Shown: piece by piece, positions 28,350-37,573 of the stretch
How positions within the stretch are numbered: the stretch's first letter is position 1
How the letters are laid out: each line of letters starts with the position of its first letter
Virus record (IMG/VR): IMGVR_UViG_3300034101_004648
Coordinates: 1 to 61,603 of that record
Source: a virus
Lineage: Duplodnaviria; Caudoviricetes
DNA: 61,603 bases
Reading direction: 5' to 3' (one strand)
The notes under the pieces: generated by a model
Database searches by the model: none
What the model was told of the DNA's origin: nothing
The model's input: only the letters and a program-made list of their open reading frames with translations
Program-made: the position numbers and the translations under genes

Positions 28350-28359
28350 CGGGAAAACT
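28350..28359 (+). promoter_or_regulatory. late motif CGGGAAAACT
   Basis: 31 nt before 28381. Confidence 0.7.
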
Positions 28360-28380
28360 GCTGCAGAGACTGCAGTAGCC

Positions 28381-29820
28381 ATGCCCAAGGGATCCCGCCG
28401 AACGTCCTACGTGCGGGATGGTCGCGGCCGGTTTGCGAGCACGCCAGGCGGCGGCGCCCCCAAGCGACCGCCTGCCAAGCGGGCCAGCCGCGGCACCAAT
28501 CGCCTGACGCGGGATAACTCCGGGCGCATCACCAGCGTGGGCGGCAATGGCGCCACAGCCCGCGGAGGACGGCTGCGCACCGGGGCGGGGAACCTCAGGG
28601 CCAGGCAGACCGATCGCCTCAAGGGGGCGCCTCAGGGGGTGCTGAGCAGGGGAGGGAAGGCGCGGGGGAAGGTGGCTGCGGCAAAGGCTGCACCGCCCAA
28701 ACCCACCGCACCGAAGCGTGTCACGGCCACCCGGCAGCGCGTCAAGCCGCCCGTGGGCACGCCTCGCAAGGGGCAGGTGGCGCGGGCACTGGCACGGGCC
28801 CAAGCCAACATGCAACGCGCCATCGCGGCAGTGGACAAAGCACAGGGGAGAAACAAGAGAAACATCAGCAGAGCCTCCGCTGAGGCGGGCATTCTTCAAC
28901 TTTCAAAGCCAGGTAGCGCTGAGGCGAGAAAGGCGAAGGCCGCCTATGACCGCCTAGAGAAAAAGATCAAGAAAGGCGAGAAAACACGTACCGCTGCCGC
29001 TAACGCTAAACAGAGATTTAGGGCGTTAGAGCGTGCGATGACGCGGGGCTACGGCCCCACGATTGCCAGGGCCAAGGTCCGAGCCGGCGGCAATCGGTCG
29101 CTCCTGGAGCCAGCGCCGGGCGATCGGATCAAGGGCGGCCGGCAAGGGGGCACCATCGCCAAGCCCCGCGGGATGAAACCGGGGGCACTGGCAGCCAAGC
29201 GACAGAAGCCCGCCGGCAAACAGAAAAAGCCGCTAACCAAAGAAAGAATTAGCGCGGCTAAGGGGAAAATCACCGCCAAATTAACCGCCGTTTTGGATGA
29301 AATCAGGAAAGTCGAAAACGCCAAGAATCGCGATAACACCCCAGCCTCAAGCGGCTTTAGCCCTCGCTACCTTAAACTGATCGCAAGAGGGCAAAAGGCT
29401 GATAAGCAGCTGGAATCACTAAGAAGAGCTTCAAAAAGGCTTAAGCAAATTGAACTAAGCTACGATCCCGCAAAGTATGGCTATGGTCGCGGCACAGATC
29501 AGCGCAAGTCTCTGGCGACTGAGATCCGCAACGCTCGCAAGCAGCTCACGACACTGCAACGCGAAGAAGCTACAGCAAAAAAAGTGTATGAAGCTGATCC
29601 CGTTGTTAAATTCGGCTTATGGGGGGAAATTGGACAAAATAGAAAGCAATCACGCAAAGCAAAAGAAAGACGCTCTAACGCATCAATGAACAGGGCTGAT
29701 AGGTATATTGGCGCAAGGATTGCAATAAGGCAGCAGCAAAACGCAATCAAGCAGCTAAGAGATAAAGCAAAGCAACAAACACAAGAGACAAACAAGCGCC
29801 AGAAGCCCCGCAAGCCCTGA
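28381..29820 (+). CDS. basic RDxxGRF-leader protein A
   Basis: MPKGSRRTSYVRDGRGRFAS; Arg/Lys/Ala-rich. Confidence 0.75.
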   Translation: MPKGSRRTSYVRDGRGRFASTPGGGAPKRPPAKRASRGTNRLTRDNSGRITSVGGNGATARGGRLRTGAGNLRARQTDRLKGAPQGVLSRGGKARGKVAAAKAAPPKPTAPKRVTATRQRVKPPVGTPRKGQVARALARAQANMQRAIAAVDKAQGRNKRNISRASAEAGILQLSKPGSAEARKAKAAYDRLEKKIKKGEKTRTAAANAKQRFRALERAMTRGYGPTIARAKVRAGGNRSLLEPAPGDRIKGGRQGGTIAKPRGMKPGALAAKRQKPAGKQKKPLTKERISAAKGKITAKLTAVLDEIRKVENAKNRDNTPASSGFSPRYLKLIARGQKADKQLESLRRASKRLKQIELSYDPAKYGYGRGTDQRKSLATEIRNARKQLTTLQREEATAKKVYEADPVVKFGLWGEIGQNRKQSRKAKERRSNASMNRADRYIGARIAIRQQQNAIKQLRDKAKQQTQETNKRQKPRKP

Positions 29821-29822
29821 TC

Positions 29823-30905
29823 ATGGCCACCATCGGCGACCAACAACTCCAGCTGGCCGACGACTACGCCGCCGCCCTGGACGCGATCGGCGATCGGGCC
29901 ACCACCAACACCAAGGCGGCCCTGCGCCGCTCCCTGGTCCGCACCCTGCGGGATCTGCGCCGGTACTACGGCCAGTTCGTGGACCCCAATCTCCCGGACC
30001 AGCCCAGCGCCGATGGCGTGACCCGCCAGCCGGGGTCCTATTCGATCGCCGATGGCTCGGCCAAGTTCCGCAAGCTCCTGGAGCTCGCCCAGGCCTTCGC
30101 CTCCGATCGAGAGCTGCAGTGGCTGCAGAACCGCTACCGAGAAGACTTCGCCGAGGCGGTGGCCCTCGGCGGTGATCTGGGCCAGCAGCTCGCGCAGACC
30201 GCCGACCCTGACGCGACCGCACAGGGGGTGTTCGTGGGCGCCAGCAGGGCCGCCGTGGAGGCCGCCGCCAGCACCGCCAGCGCCTACATCAGGGGCGAGG
30301 TGGAGAGCTTCAGGGACAACATTGCCCGGATCGTCACTGATGGCATCGGCCGCGGGAAGGCCCCCCGCGTGCTGGAGCGGGAGATCAGGACGGCACTGCA
30401 GGGGGCCAGGGATCCGCAGGGGCTCAACAACCGCATGGGGTTGGAGCAGCGGGCAGAGCTGATCGCCCGATCGGAGCTGGCCAACGCCTACGTGGGCGCC
30501 CAGAAGGCAACGGCGGCCCGCAATGGGTTCGGCTATGCCCGGTGGATCGCCACCAAGGATGAGCGGACGTGCGCGGTGTGCGCCTCGCGCCATGGCCGGA
30601 TCTACCGGCTGGACGAGATGGTGGGCACGCTTCATCCAAGATGTAGATGTAGCCTATCTCCAGTATCTTCAGAGGCGGTAGAAGAGAAAGACCCCGCCCT
30701 CAGGGCCATCCTGCTGCGGGAGGATTACTGGGAGCGCTCGCGCAAGGCCGTGGCCGAGGAGTTCGCCGCCGCCAAGGGTGGAGCCGATAAGGGCTGGCCC
30801 TTCGCCCGTGCCTCCCAGGTGCTGGAGGAGGCCGTGCGCAAGCCCTCCCCCAGCGAGCGGCGACAGTATCCAGGGATTGAGCGGGCGCCGGTGCCGGTGG
30901 GGTAG
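29823..30905 (+). CDS. MuF / SPP1 gp7-like head morphogenesis (minor capsid) protein
   Basis: RAELIARSE...WIATKDERTCAVC..RHG...HPRCRC. Confidence 0.9.
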   Translation: MATIGDQQLQLADDYAAALDAIGDRATTNTKAALRRSLVRTLRDLRRYYGQFVDPNLPDQPSADGVTRQPGSYSIADGSAKFRKLLELAQAFASDRELQWLQNRYREDFAEAVALGGDLGQQLAQTADPDATAQGVFVGASRAAVEAAASTASAYIRGEVESFRDNIARIVTDGIGRGKAPRVLEREIRTALQGARDPQGLNNRMGLEQRAELIARSELANAYVGAQKATAARNGFGYARWIATKDERTCAVCASRHGRIYRLDEMVGTLHPRCRCSLSPVSSEAVEEKDPALRAILLREDYWERSRKAVAEEFAAAKGGADKGWPFARASQVLEEAVRKPSPSERRQYPGIERAPVPVG

Positions 30906-30922
30906 GGGTGCTCAAGAGGAAG

Positions 30923-30932
30923 CGGGAAAACT
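30923..30932 (+). promoter_or_regulatory. late motif CGGGAAAACT
   Basis: 31 nt before 30954. Confidence 0.7.
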
Positions 30933-30953
30933 GCTGCAGTAGCAGGGCTTTCA

Positions 30954-31970
30954 GTGGCGGGCGGCAGGAAAGGGCGGACTTACAGCCGCGACAACTACGG
31001 GCGGTTCACTAGCCACGGCCAAGGCGCAACAGCCAGGGGTGGGCGACTAAGGACGCCAGTGGGCAACAAGCGCCCAACACGCACCGCTCGACTGGCCCGC
31101 ATGGGCGGCACCGTTGCCAAGCCCAAAGACCTCAGGCCGGGGGCGATCACCAAGAAGGTCAAGTCAGCGCAGAAGCCCGCAACCAAGCCCACGGCGCCCA
31201 GGCGGTCTCAGGCGGCCAAGCCTGCCCGGAAGCCGCCGGTAGCCCGGAAGCGGAGCACGGCGGCGCCAAAAGCGCCCGCAAGCAGCCGCCTGATGCCTGG
31301 GGAGCTGATGAATGCGGTGGCGCGGCCGGTGAACACGATGGCGCGGCCAGCAAGAAGCCGGAACCCGTTTGGGACCAAGGATAAAGTCAAGATGAAAAAC
31401 ATACAGATAGCCTTGGCGGAGGCGGCTAAACTGGGGACTGAGTTTGGCCTTTACAAGCAAGGAAAGCGCAGGGGAGGGCAGGCAATCGCTCGTGTGATCA
31501 CAAGTTTCGGGGGGAGTATTTGGAGTCGGGATGGCGGGGCAATGCCAGTGCCGGCGAGACAAAGAGCACAGTTGAATCAACTGTCAGGGTTCTGGAAAAA
31601 TCCTGCCAAAAGAGCAATAGATGCACGCCGAAGCGGGCATTTATCTACATCAAGCCCACTGGGGCCAATACATCACGAAATTGGTCACACCAAGGATCCA
31701 AGGCTTAAAAAAGAGTACGGCTGGAGTGGCGGCATGAATCAATGGTTCAACAATTATTATGACAAAGGCGAGGGGAAGCGCTCCCTCGCAAAAAGGGTCA
31801 GCCAATACGCCACCACCAACCCCGCCGAGTTCATCGCCGAAACCTACGCCGGCCTTCGCACCGGCCGCCGCTACGACTTCCAGGTGATGCGGGCCTACCG
31901 CGAGGCCATGGGCCTCTCGCCGAACCCTGCCGCCCGCCGCCGCAGCCGCGTGAGAAGACCCAAGCCCTGA
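30954..31970 (+). CDS. basic RDxxGRF-leader protein B with C-terminal zincin metallopeptidase-like domain
   Basis: RTYSRDNYGRFTS; IHHEIGH ... SQYATTNPAEFIAE. Confidence 0.75.
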   Translation: MAGGRKGRTYSRDNYGRFTSHGQGATARGGRLRTPVGNKRPTRTARLARMGGTVAKPKDLRPGAITKKVKSAQKPATKPTAPRRSQAAKPARKPPVARKRSTAAPKAPASSRLMPGELMNAVARPVNTMARPARSRNPFGTKDKVKMKNIQIALAEAAKLGTEFGLYKQGKRRGGQAIARVITSFGGSIWSRDGGAMPVPARQRAQLNQLSGFWKNPAKRAIDARRSGHLSTSSPLGPIHHEIGHTKDPRLKKEYGWSGGMNQWFNNYYDKGEGKRSLAKRVSQYATTNPAEFIAETYAGLRTGRRYDFQVMRAYREAMGLSPNPAARRRSRVRRPKP

Positions 31971-31980
31971 CGGGAAAACT
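31971..31980 (+). promoter_or_regulatory. late motif CGGGAAAACT
   Basis: 30 nt before 32001. Confidence 0.7.
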
Positions 31981-32000
31981 GCGGTAGCACCGTCAGCACC

Positions 32001-32186
32001 TTGGCACGAAGATCCGCCCGCCGCACCTATGCCCGTGATGGCCGGGGCCGCTTCGCCTCGGCTGCACCACCACGCACGACGGGCGCCACGGCCTCCACTG
32101 CTCCCGCTGCTGGGAGCGCTTCACCCCCGAAGGGCGAGCCGATCGAGCAGCACGGCAAGCACGGTTCAGGGCCAAGCGAGCACTAA
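32001..32186 (+). CDS. short or truncated RDxxGRF-leader protein C
   Basis: MARRSARRTYARDGRGRFAS; TTG start 30 nt after the late motif. Confidence 0.5.
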   Translation: MARRSARRTYARDGRGRFASAAPPRTTGATASTAPAAGSASPPKGEPIEQHGKHGSGPSEH

Positions 32187-32211
32187 TCAACCCATCAACA
32201 GAGGATTATTG

Positions 32212-32511
32212 ATGACAGCGAAATCACGGTTTTCCGTTTGCAAGCTTTTCCGTGATGGTGAAGTGATATGGCGAATGCGACTTGACTCGCTGTCGGGCCG
32301 GTCTTGCGGTTTTCAGCTTGCCACGCCAGCGGTAAATCTTAAGCGCAATAACCCTTATGAAAGATGGTGTGTTGCTCAGCAGTTATTGCAATGCCGCCGA
32401 TTACTCCGTGATCGCGTGCGGCAGCTTGACGCTGGACAGTCGGATCAAGAGCGGTCGTTGGCCCACTACACGCGAATGCGCAACCGGGCGGTATTGGATG
32501 GCCGATGGTGA
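32212..32511 (+). CDS. hypothetical protein (lower GC)
   Basis: ATG preceded by GAGG. Confidence 0.45.
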   Translation: MTAKSRFSVCKLFRDGEVIWRMRLDSLSGRSCGFQLATPAVNLKRNNPYERWCVAQQLLQCRRLLRDRVRQLDAGQSDQERSLAHYTRMRNRAVLDGRW

Positions 32512-32534
32512 TCCGACCGGCACCCCCTCCGTAG

Positions 32535-32544
32535 CGGGAAAACT
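32535..32544 (+). promoter_or_regulatory. late motif CGGGAAAACT
   Basis: 32 nt before 32567. Confidence 0.7.
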
Positions 32545-32566
32545 CAGGTACGGCTTGAATGCCCCC

Positions 32567-32815
32567 ATGCCCGACCGCTCCCCCACGCTCCGCCTGTTCC
32601 AGGGCCTCAGCGTCGCCGTGCTCCGCCGCGATGGCCCGGCAGCGCGGCAGGGCCTACGGATGCTCACAGCCGTGGCCGATGACCCGGAGGGGGAGCAGAT
32701 CCTGCGGCTGCTGACCGCCAACCTGGACCCCGAGGGCCGGTACTGGCTGGGCACGCTCCATGGGGCCCGCAAGGGCCTGGAAGATCCGGCGGCGGGAAAA
32801 CTCAGGGCAGCCTGA
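32567..32815 (+). CDS. hypothetical late protein
   Basis: ATG 32 nt after the late motif. Confidence 0.55.
   Translation: MPDRSPTLRLFQGLSVAVLRRDGPAARQGLRMLTAVADDPEGEQILRLLTANLDPEGRYWLGTLHGARKGLEDPAAGKLRAA
32793..32802 (+). promoter_or_regulatory. late motif CGGGAAAACT
   Basis: 35 nt before 32828. Confidence 0.7.
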
Positions 32816-32827
32816 CCCGCGCCGCCG

Positions 32828-33331
32828 ATGCTCGCCCCTGACCCCCTCTGGCGCCCCACGGCCACCAGCACGCGCAACGATCGGGACCTGATCAGGACTT
32901 ACATCGGCTGGCCCGCCACTGAGGGGAGCCTGGTGGAGTTGACCCAGCAGATGAACGCGGTCGCCACGCACAGCCCCAGCACCGTGACGCAGATCCAGGC
33001 GTGGCTGGACGAGATCGTGAACTTGGAGGAGATCCAAGCCGATGAGGTTGACGCGGGCACTGCTCACCTCGGAAACGCCGAGGAATACGAAGGCCCGATC
33101 CCCGGCACCTCGCCCACGCGGGATGAGCAGCTGAATCAGGCCGGCAAGCTGGCGTGGGACACCTCCCTCCTAAAGGCCCGCTACAAGTTCGGCGGCGGCG
33201 CCAGGGCCTCGGCACAGGGGCAGCGGGACGAGCGGACCCAAGCGCTGATCAACCGGATCGCCACGGCCCTCAACGCGCCCCGGATCGCCCCTCAGGGGAT
33301 GAGCGGCGCGGGGATGTTGCTGAGGAGCTGA
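32828..33331 (+). CDS. putative head-tail connector/adaptor
   Basis: Helical 167 aa late protein; function inferred from position. Confidence 0.45.
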   Translation: MLAPDPLWRPTATSTRNDRDLIRTYIGWPATEGSLVELTQQMNAVATHSPSTVTQIQAWLDEIVNLEEIQADEVDAGTAHLGNAEEYEGPIPGTSPTRDEQLNQAGKLAWDTSLLKARYKFGGGARASAQGQRDERTQALINRIATALNAPRIAPQGMSGAGMLLRS

Positions 33332-33386
33332 GCAGGGGCGCCATCGCCCGCCGCACCTCTGATCAGCACACCCTCACGGCAAACCC

Positions 33387-33725
33387 GTGTCTCACCACCA
33401 AATTGAAGGGTCCGAGCTTCTTTCCAAGCGTGTCACCAAGCATCGATTCAGGCGGGGAATTATTGAGGCGTGGGATGGTTGTTGCGCCTATTGCGGTTGC
33501 CAGCCTGACAAGATCACCCTCGATCATGTTGTCGCCAAGATAAACGGCGGCACAACGCAGCGATCCAACCTAATCCCGGCTTGCGCTCCCTGCAATGGCT
33601 CTAAGAATCACTGTGATGTGTGGCAGTGGTATCAATCACAGCCCTTTTATTGTGCTGATAGGTGGCTAAAAATAAGGGCTTGGTTGGCGTCGTCAGGTGC
33701 CCCGATGCTGGAGGCCTCCGCGTGA
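33387..33725 (+). CDS. HNH endonuclease
   Basis: CAYCG...TLDHVV...GG....NLIPACAPCNGSK. Confidence 0.9.
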   Translation: MSHHQIEGSELLSKRVTKHRFRRGIIEAWDGCCAYCGCQPDKITLDHVVAKINGGTTQRSNLIPACAPCNGSKNHCDVWQWYQSQPFYCADRWLKIRAWLASSGAPMLEASA

Positions 33726-33752
33726 GCGGCGTGCGTGGCTTGGCGGATCCAG

Positions 33753-33762
33753 CGGGAAAACT
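33753..33762 (+). promoter_or_regulatory. late motif CGGGAAAACT
   Basis: 31 nt before 33784. Confidence 0.7.
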
Positions 33763-33783
33763 GCGGGCAGCTGCTCACAAACC

Positions 33784-33903
33784 ATGCCAGCAGGTGGAAT
33801 GCCTTACTTCGGCGGGATGCCCGGTAAGCCCAAGGCCGGCAAGAAGGCCGCCAAGTCCAAGGCGAAACCCAAGGGCGGGAAGAAGGCCAAGCCGATGAAG
33901 TGA
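33784..33903 (+). CDS. 39-aa Lys-rich peptide
   Basis: MPAGGMPYFGGMPGKPKAGKKAAKSKAKPKGGKKAKPMK; ATG 31 nt after the late motif. Confidence 0.6.
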   Translation: MPAGGMPYFGGMPGKPKAGKKAAKSKAKPKGGKKAKPMK

Positions 33904-33914
33904 GCCCAGGACCA

Positions 33915-33924
33915 CGGGAAAACT
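33915..33924 (+). promoter_or_regulatory. late motif CGGGAAAACT
   Basis: 32 nt before 33947. Confidence 0.7.
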
Positions 33925-33946
33925 GCGAGCAGTAGACCCCGATCCC

Positions 33947-35299
33947 ATGGCCCGCGGCGGCAGCAGAGGCAGACGCACCAGCTACGTGCGCGACAACGGC
34001 GGGCGCTTTGCCTCGACCCCCGGCGGCGGACCGCCCAAGCGCAGCACGCCGGCCACCAGGCGAGCGGCCAGGCCCAAGGTCACCGGTGGCACCCTCGGGG
34101 CCCGTGGGAGCCTCCGCCGCAGCCGCACCAAGCTGGCCGGCAAGGATCCCGCCGATCGCAGCCTGAGGGGATCGCTCAGCCTGCGTGCTCAGAAGGGGGC
34201 CGTCACCAGGGGCGCCAACCGGCTCGGGAAGGCGCGGGCGGCCTCCACGGTGCGGATGGCTGGGAAGGGGCCAGCGGGGGTGATTCGGAAGGGCGGGAAG
34301 GGGGCGGCCAAGCCTGTGGCGGCGGCCAAGTCGTCGGTGAGGGTGATTCGCCCCAATCGCCCCGCAATGCGGCCAGGGCCCACAGCCGATCGCGGCAAGA
34401 TCAGCGAGTACGTGGGCGCGGTGAGAGGGGCCCGGCGGCGGCTCAGCAGCGCCAAGCCAGGCACTGCCAACGCAGCCGAGGCAAAGCAAGGCCTCAAGGA
34501 CAGCCGGCAGGCACTGAGCCGCCGCATCCAGCGGGAGCGGGGCGCTCGCCGTGGCCTGAGGCCAGCCACTTCCCAGCAGGTTCTGACCAGCACGGTTCCG
34601 GCGCCTCCGGCGAGGCGTATGAAGGCCGCACGGCCGGCGGGGACGGTGGTGAAGCCGAAGGGGTTGAAGGTGGGGGCGATTGCGGAGAGGAAGGGGGCGA
34701 AGGCTGCTGCGGCCAAGCCCGGCAAGGCCAAGGCGGCGTCAGCGCCAAAGATCAACGGCAAAGAGTGGACCTCCTTGAGCCGTCTCCGGGGAGCGGTTCC
34801 ATTTGATCGAGGGAGAGGGCAGACCGGGTACTTTATCCCTGGTTCATCCTTGACTCCTGCAAAGCGAAATAAGCTAGGGCTAGGCGCATTTAAGTCGGAA
34901 GTTAGTGGAGGCAACTTCACCGCGCAAAGGCACACTCAAGGAAGTCAAGAGGGCTGGATTATCAGCCCAAGAACCCAGCGCGGCGAGACTCCTATTCAGA
35001 TTCAGCGGGCCAAGTCATCCAAGAAACCGAAAACAGCAGACGACTTGCTGACACAGGCAACACGAATTGAGGCCGTGGGTCGTCGTATGTCTCGGGCCGC
35101 CCGCACAGGCTTCAGGGATCGTCAGATTGAGGCCAGGGCCGTGCGTGCAGCAAAGGCGGCGAGGCAACGGGCCTTTGACATGCAAAAGCCACCATCCAAG
35201 GCCGAGCTGAAAAGACAGGAGCAACGGCTCAATTCACCGACCACCGCAGGGCTAAACGCTCGCATTGCGCGTGACTACGCCGCGAGAGGCCGCCGCTAA
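33947..35299 (+). CDS. basic RDxxGRF-leader protein D
   Basis: RRTSYVRDNGGRFASTPGGG. Confidence 0.75.
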   Translation: MARGGSRGRRTSYVRDNGGRFASTPGGGPPKRSTPATRRAARPKVTGGTLGARGSLRRSRTKLAGKDPADRSLRGSLSLRAQKGAVTRGANRLGKARAASTVRMAGKGPAGVIRKGGKGAAKPVAAAKSSVRVIRPNRPAMRPGPTADRGKISEYVGAVRGARRRLSSAKPGTANAAEAKQGLKDSRQALSRRIQRERGARRGLRPATSQQVLTSTVPAPPARRMKAARPAGTVVKPKGLKVGAIAERKGAKAAAAKPGKAKAASAPKINGKEWTSLSRLRGAVPFDRGRGQTGYFIPGSSLTPAKRNKLGLGAFKSEVSGGNFTAQRHTQGSQEGWIISPRTQRGETPIQIQRAKSSKKPKTADDLLTQATRIEAVGRRMSRAARTGFRDRQIEARAVRAAKAARQRAFDMQKPPSKAELKRQEQRLNSPTTAGLNARIARDYAARGRR

Positions 35300-35302
35300 C
35301 CC

Positions 35303-35773
35303 ATGCCCACCCCCTTCGCCCCCTTTGCAAACCTCCGCCTCCTCTGGCGGCGCCCCACCGCAGCGGCTACCAGCCTGCGGGAGGGGCTGCAGCGGGCCAC
35401 TGATCTGGTGGTGATCGAGGCCTTTGCTGAGGCCCAGGACCCCGGCGGCGAGCGGGAGAGTGGCGGGCGATCCATCGGCTCGGGCGGCATCGAGGGCAAC
35501 ATCACTCGCTGGGCCGTGGTGCCATCCGGCGCCAACTGGCTGGACGAGGGGGGCGCCTGGAGTTGGACCGATACCGGCCTCAGGCCCACGGGGCTCCCCC
35601 GCGGCGAGAAGCTGGAGGCGTTCATGGGCGATCTCTCAATCCTGCCGGCCACCACCGAGTCGGAGCGCGGCTGGGTCACGATCGCCACCCTCTCGGGCGT
35701 CGGCGGCATTGATGCCCTGATCCGCGTTGAAGCCGGCGACGAGTTCACCGGCACCTTTGCGGCGGGGCGATGA
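35303..35773 (+). CDS. putative head-closure/neck protein
   Basis: Beta-rich 156 aa; position. Confidence 0.45.
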   Translation: MPTPFAPFANLRLLWRRPTAAATSLREGLQRATDLVVIEAFAEAQDPGGERESGGRSIGSGGIEGNITRWAVVPSGANWLDEGGAWSWTDTGLRPTGLPRGEKLEAFMGDLSILPATTESERGWVTIATLSGVGGIDALIRVEAGDEFTGTFAAGR

Positions 35774-36270
35774 GGGTCAGCACCAGGGCCACGGTGCGCG
35801 TGAACCCGGCCACCCTCACCAGGGCGCAGCGGGCATCAGAGGCGGCGGCGCGAGTGGTGTTCCCCGAGCTGAACAGCGCCTTTCAGGATGCGTTGGGCAC
35901 CAAGGCATGGGATTGGCCACGGGTGACCATGCGCGGGGGCGCCTTCCGCCGCGATGGCAGCCGCACCAGGGGCCGCCCGGTGGGATCGCCCCGGAACATC
36001 GTGGACCTCGGCACCCTGCGGGCCAGCAACTCCTTCCAGATCAGCGGCAACCTCTGCACCTTCAGGTGGGCCGTGGGCTACGCCACGGCGGTTCACTACG
36101 GCGCGAACATCCATCCCTGGGGCGACAGGACCCGCCCCCTCGTGAACCTGCCCGCCCGGCCCTGGACTTCGGCGGTGATCGGGACCATCAAAGTTCCCGG
36201 CATCGAGCCCTATGACTATCGGGCCCAATACCGGGCATCATTCATCCAAGCCTTCCGCAGCCTGAAATGA
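35770..36270 (+). CDS. HK97 gp10-like tail-completion protein
   Basis: IVDLGTLRAS...YATAVHYG...LPARPW. Confidence 0.65.
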   Translation: MRVSTRATVRVNPATLTRAQRASEAAARVVFPELNSAFQDALGTKAWDWPRVTMRGGAFRRDGSRTRGRPVGSPRNIVDLGTLRASNSFQISGNLCTFRWAVGYATAVHYGANIHPWGDRTRPLVNLPARPWTSAVIGTIKVPGIEPYDYRAQYRASFIQAFRSLK

Positions 36271-37094
36271 CCTTTGATCTCCTCCCCTGGGAAACCGCCC
36301 CCCAGGCCCCCGAGCAGGCCACCGCCACGATCGAGTGGAACGGCGGGGAAATGACCATCCCCCGGCTGGGCTACCTCACTGTGGACGAGATGCAGGGGAT
36401 CCGGGAGATTGACCCACAGAACGCCCTTTATCGCCTGATCACCGCCGCTGCGGTGGAGCTGGCTCATGCCATGCAAGCGGATGCAGATCGGATCGCGGAG
36501 CACCCTGGAGTGCAGGCGCGAGCCCTGGAGTTCCCCGCCCACCGCTGCTATGGCCTGCTCACCCGCCTGCTGGCCCAGGAGCAGGGCGCCCGCATCGGCC
36601 GGATGAGCCCCGAGGAAGAGGCGGTGCAGGTGCTTTACGCCGGGATCATCGCCCCCTTTCTGGTGGAAGCCAGGGCCATCACCAACCGTGTCGTGATCCG
36701 GTCCGTCACCGTGATCCTGAACCGGATCAAGCCCGCCTGGACCGACGAGCAGACCCGCAGGCTCCCCGCCCCCCTGCTGGGGATCCTCCACGCCTTTGAG
36801 CAGGAGGAGGAGCGGGCCGGCGCTGGTCTGCAGCAGGACCCGGCGGCTGAGATGCGGGCGCTGGAGGAGGCGCTGGGAAAGTTGCAGGAGGTGGCCGGCT
36901 CGACTGCGACCGACCCGACTGGGCCCGAGCCTTCTGGGATTGCCGCAGATTCTGGCCCGGAGCCCCTGAGTTCAGCCGCGAGCGATTCGGGAAGCTCCCC
37001 GCCGGCTATGTCCTCCAGGCCCTCCAGGCGGGCCACGCCGCCGAACGCGAAAGGCTTCACCGGGAAGAGAAAGGCGTCGCCCAAATCGCCCTGA
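36267..37094 (+). CDS. tail assembly chaperone (G form)
   Basis: Contains an in-frame G GGA AAG slippery site at 36875-36881. Confidence 0.65.
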   Translation: MTFDLLPWETAPQAPEQATATIEWNGGEMTIPRLGYLTVDEMQGIREIDPQNALYRLITAAAVELAHAMQADADRIAEHPGVQARALEFPAHRCYGLLTRLLAQEQGARIGRMSPEEEAVQVLYAGIIAPFLVEARAITNRVVIRSVTVILNRIKPAWTDEQTRRLPAPLLGILHAFEQEEERAGAGLQQDPAAEMRALEEALGKLQEVAGSTATDPTGPEPSGIAADSGPEPLSSAASDSGSSPPAMSSRPSRRATPPNAKGFTGKRKASPKSP

Positions 37095-37555
37095 TCCTCG
37101 CCGAGACCAACCGCAATCGCGAAGCCCAGCCCGAGCCCTACAGCCTCCGGGACTTCTGCTTCTGGGTGGAGGTGGCCGAGAAGCCGCGCCCCCCGAGCGA
37201 GGCCGGCGCCGCCCTGCTGGAGCTGCTGGAGCGCAACCTCCTGCCGGGGTTCGTGCTCGACGGCCCATGGCTGGCCGATCTGGAGGCCCAGGGCCGAGGC
37301 GTCGCCCCACCGCCGCGGCTGTGTTGGGCGGCCGAGGATGTGATCCTCCTGGCCCCCTATCGGGTGGATGCAGGCCACTGGGGCGGGTTCCTCGTGGCCC
37401 AGGCCAGTGCCGCGGGCCGGGTGCGGGAGTTCGCCTCTGAGGTCGGCGAGGTCGTGGCCCTGCGGGTGCCCACCGATGCGGTGCCGGGGCGATCGTTTGC
37501 CGCTGCCCAGGCCGGCGCGGTGCTGGTGCTGGCGAGCCGGGAAAACTCCAGGTAG
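36881..37555 (+). CDS. tail assembly chaperone -1 frameshift extension (GT form)
   Basis: The -1 frame is open from the slippery site through the 37166-37555 ORF: DWARAFWDCRRFWP...YSLRDFCFW. Confidence 0.65.
   Translation, partial: VAGGGRLDCDRPDWARAFWDCRRFWPGAPEFSRERFGKLPAGYVLQALQAGHAAERERLHREEKGVAQIALILAETNRNREAQPEPYSLRDFCFWVEVAEKPRPPSEAGAALLELLERNLLPGFVLDGPWLADLEAQGRGVAPPPRLCWAAEDVILLAPYRVDAGHWGGFLVAQASAAGRVREFASEVGEVVALRVPTDAVPGRSFAAAQAGAVLVLASRENSR
37538..37547 (+). promoter_or_regulatory. late motif CGGGAAAACT
   Basis: 36 nt before the tail tube start. Confidence 0.7.
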
Positions 37556-37573
37556 AGAAACCACCCCCTGGCC

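Noticed and set aside
33387-33725. HNH as a homing endonuclease in an intron
   Set aside because: Short, free-standing, and no interrupted gene; typical of packaging-associated or accessory HNH proteins
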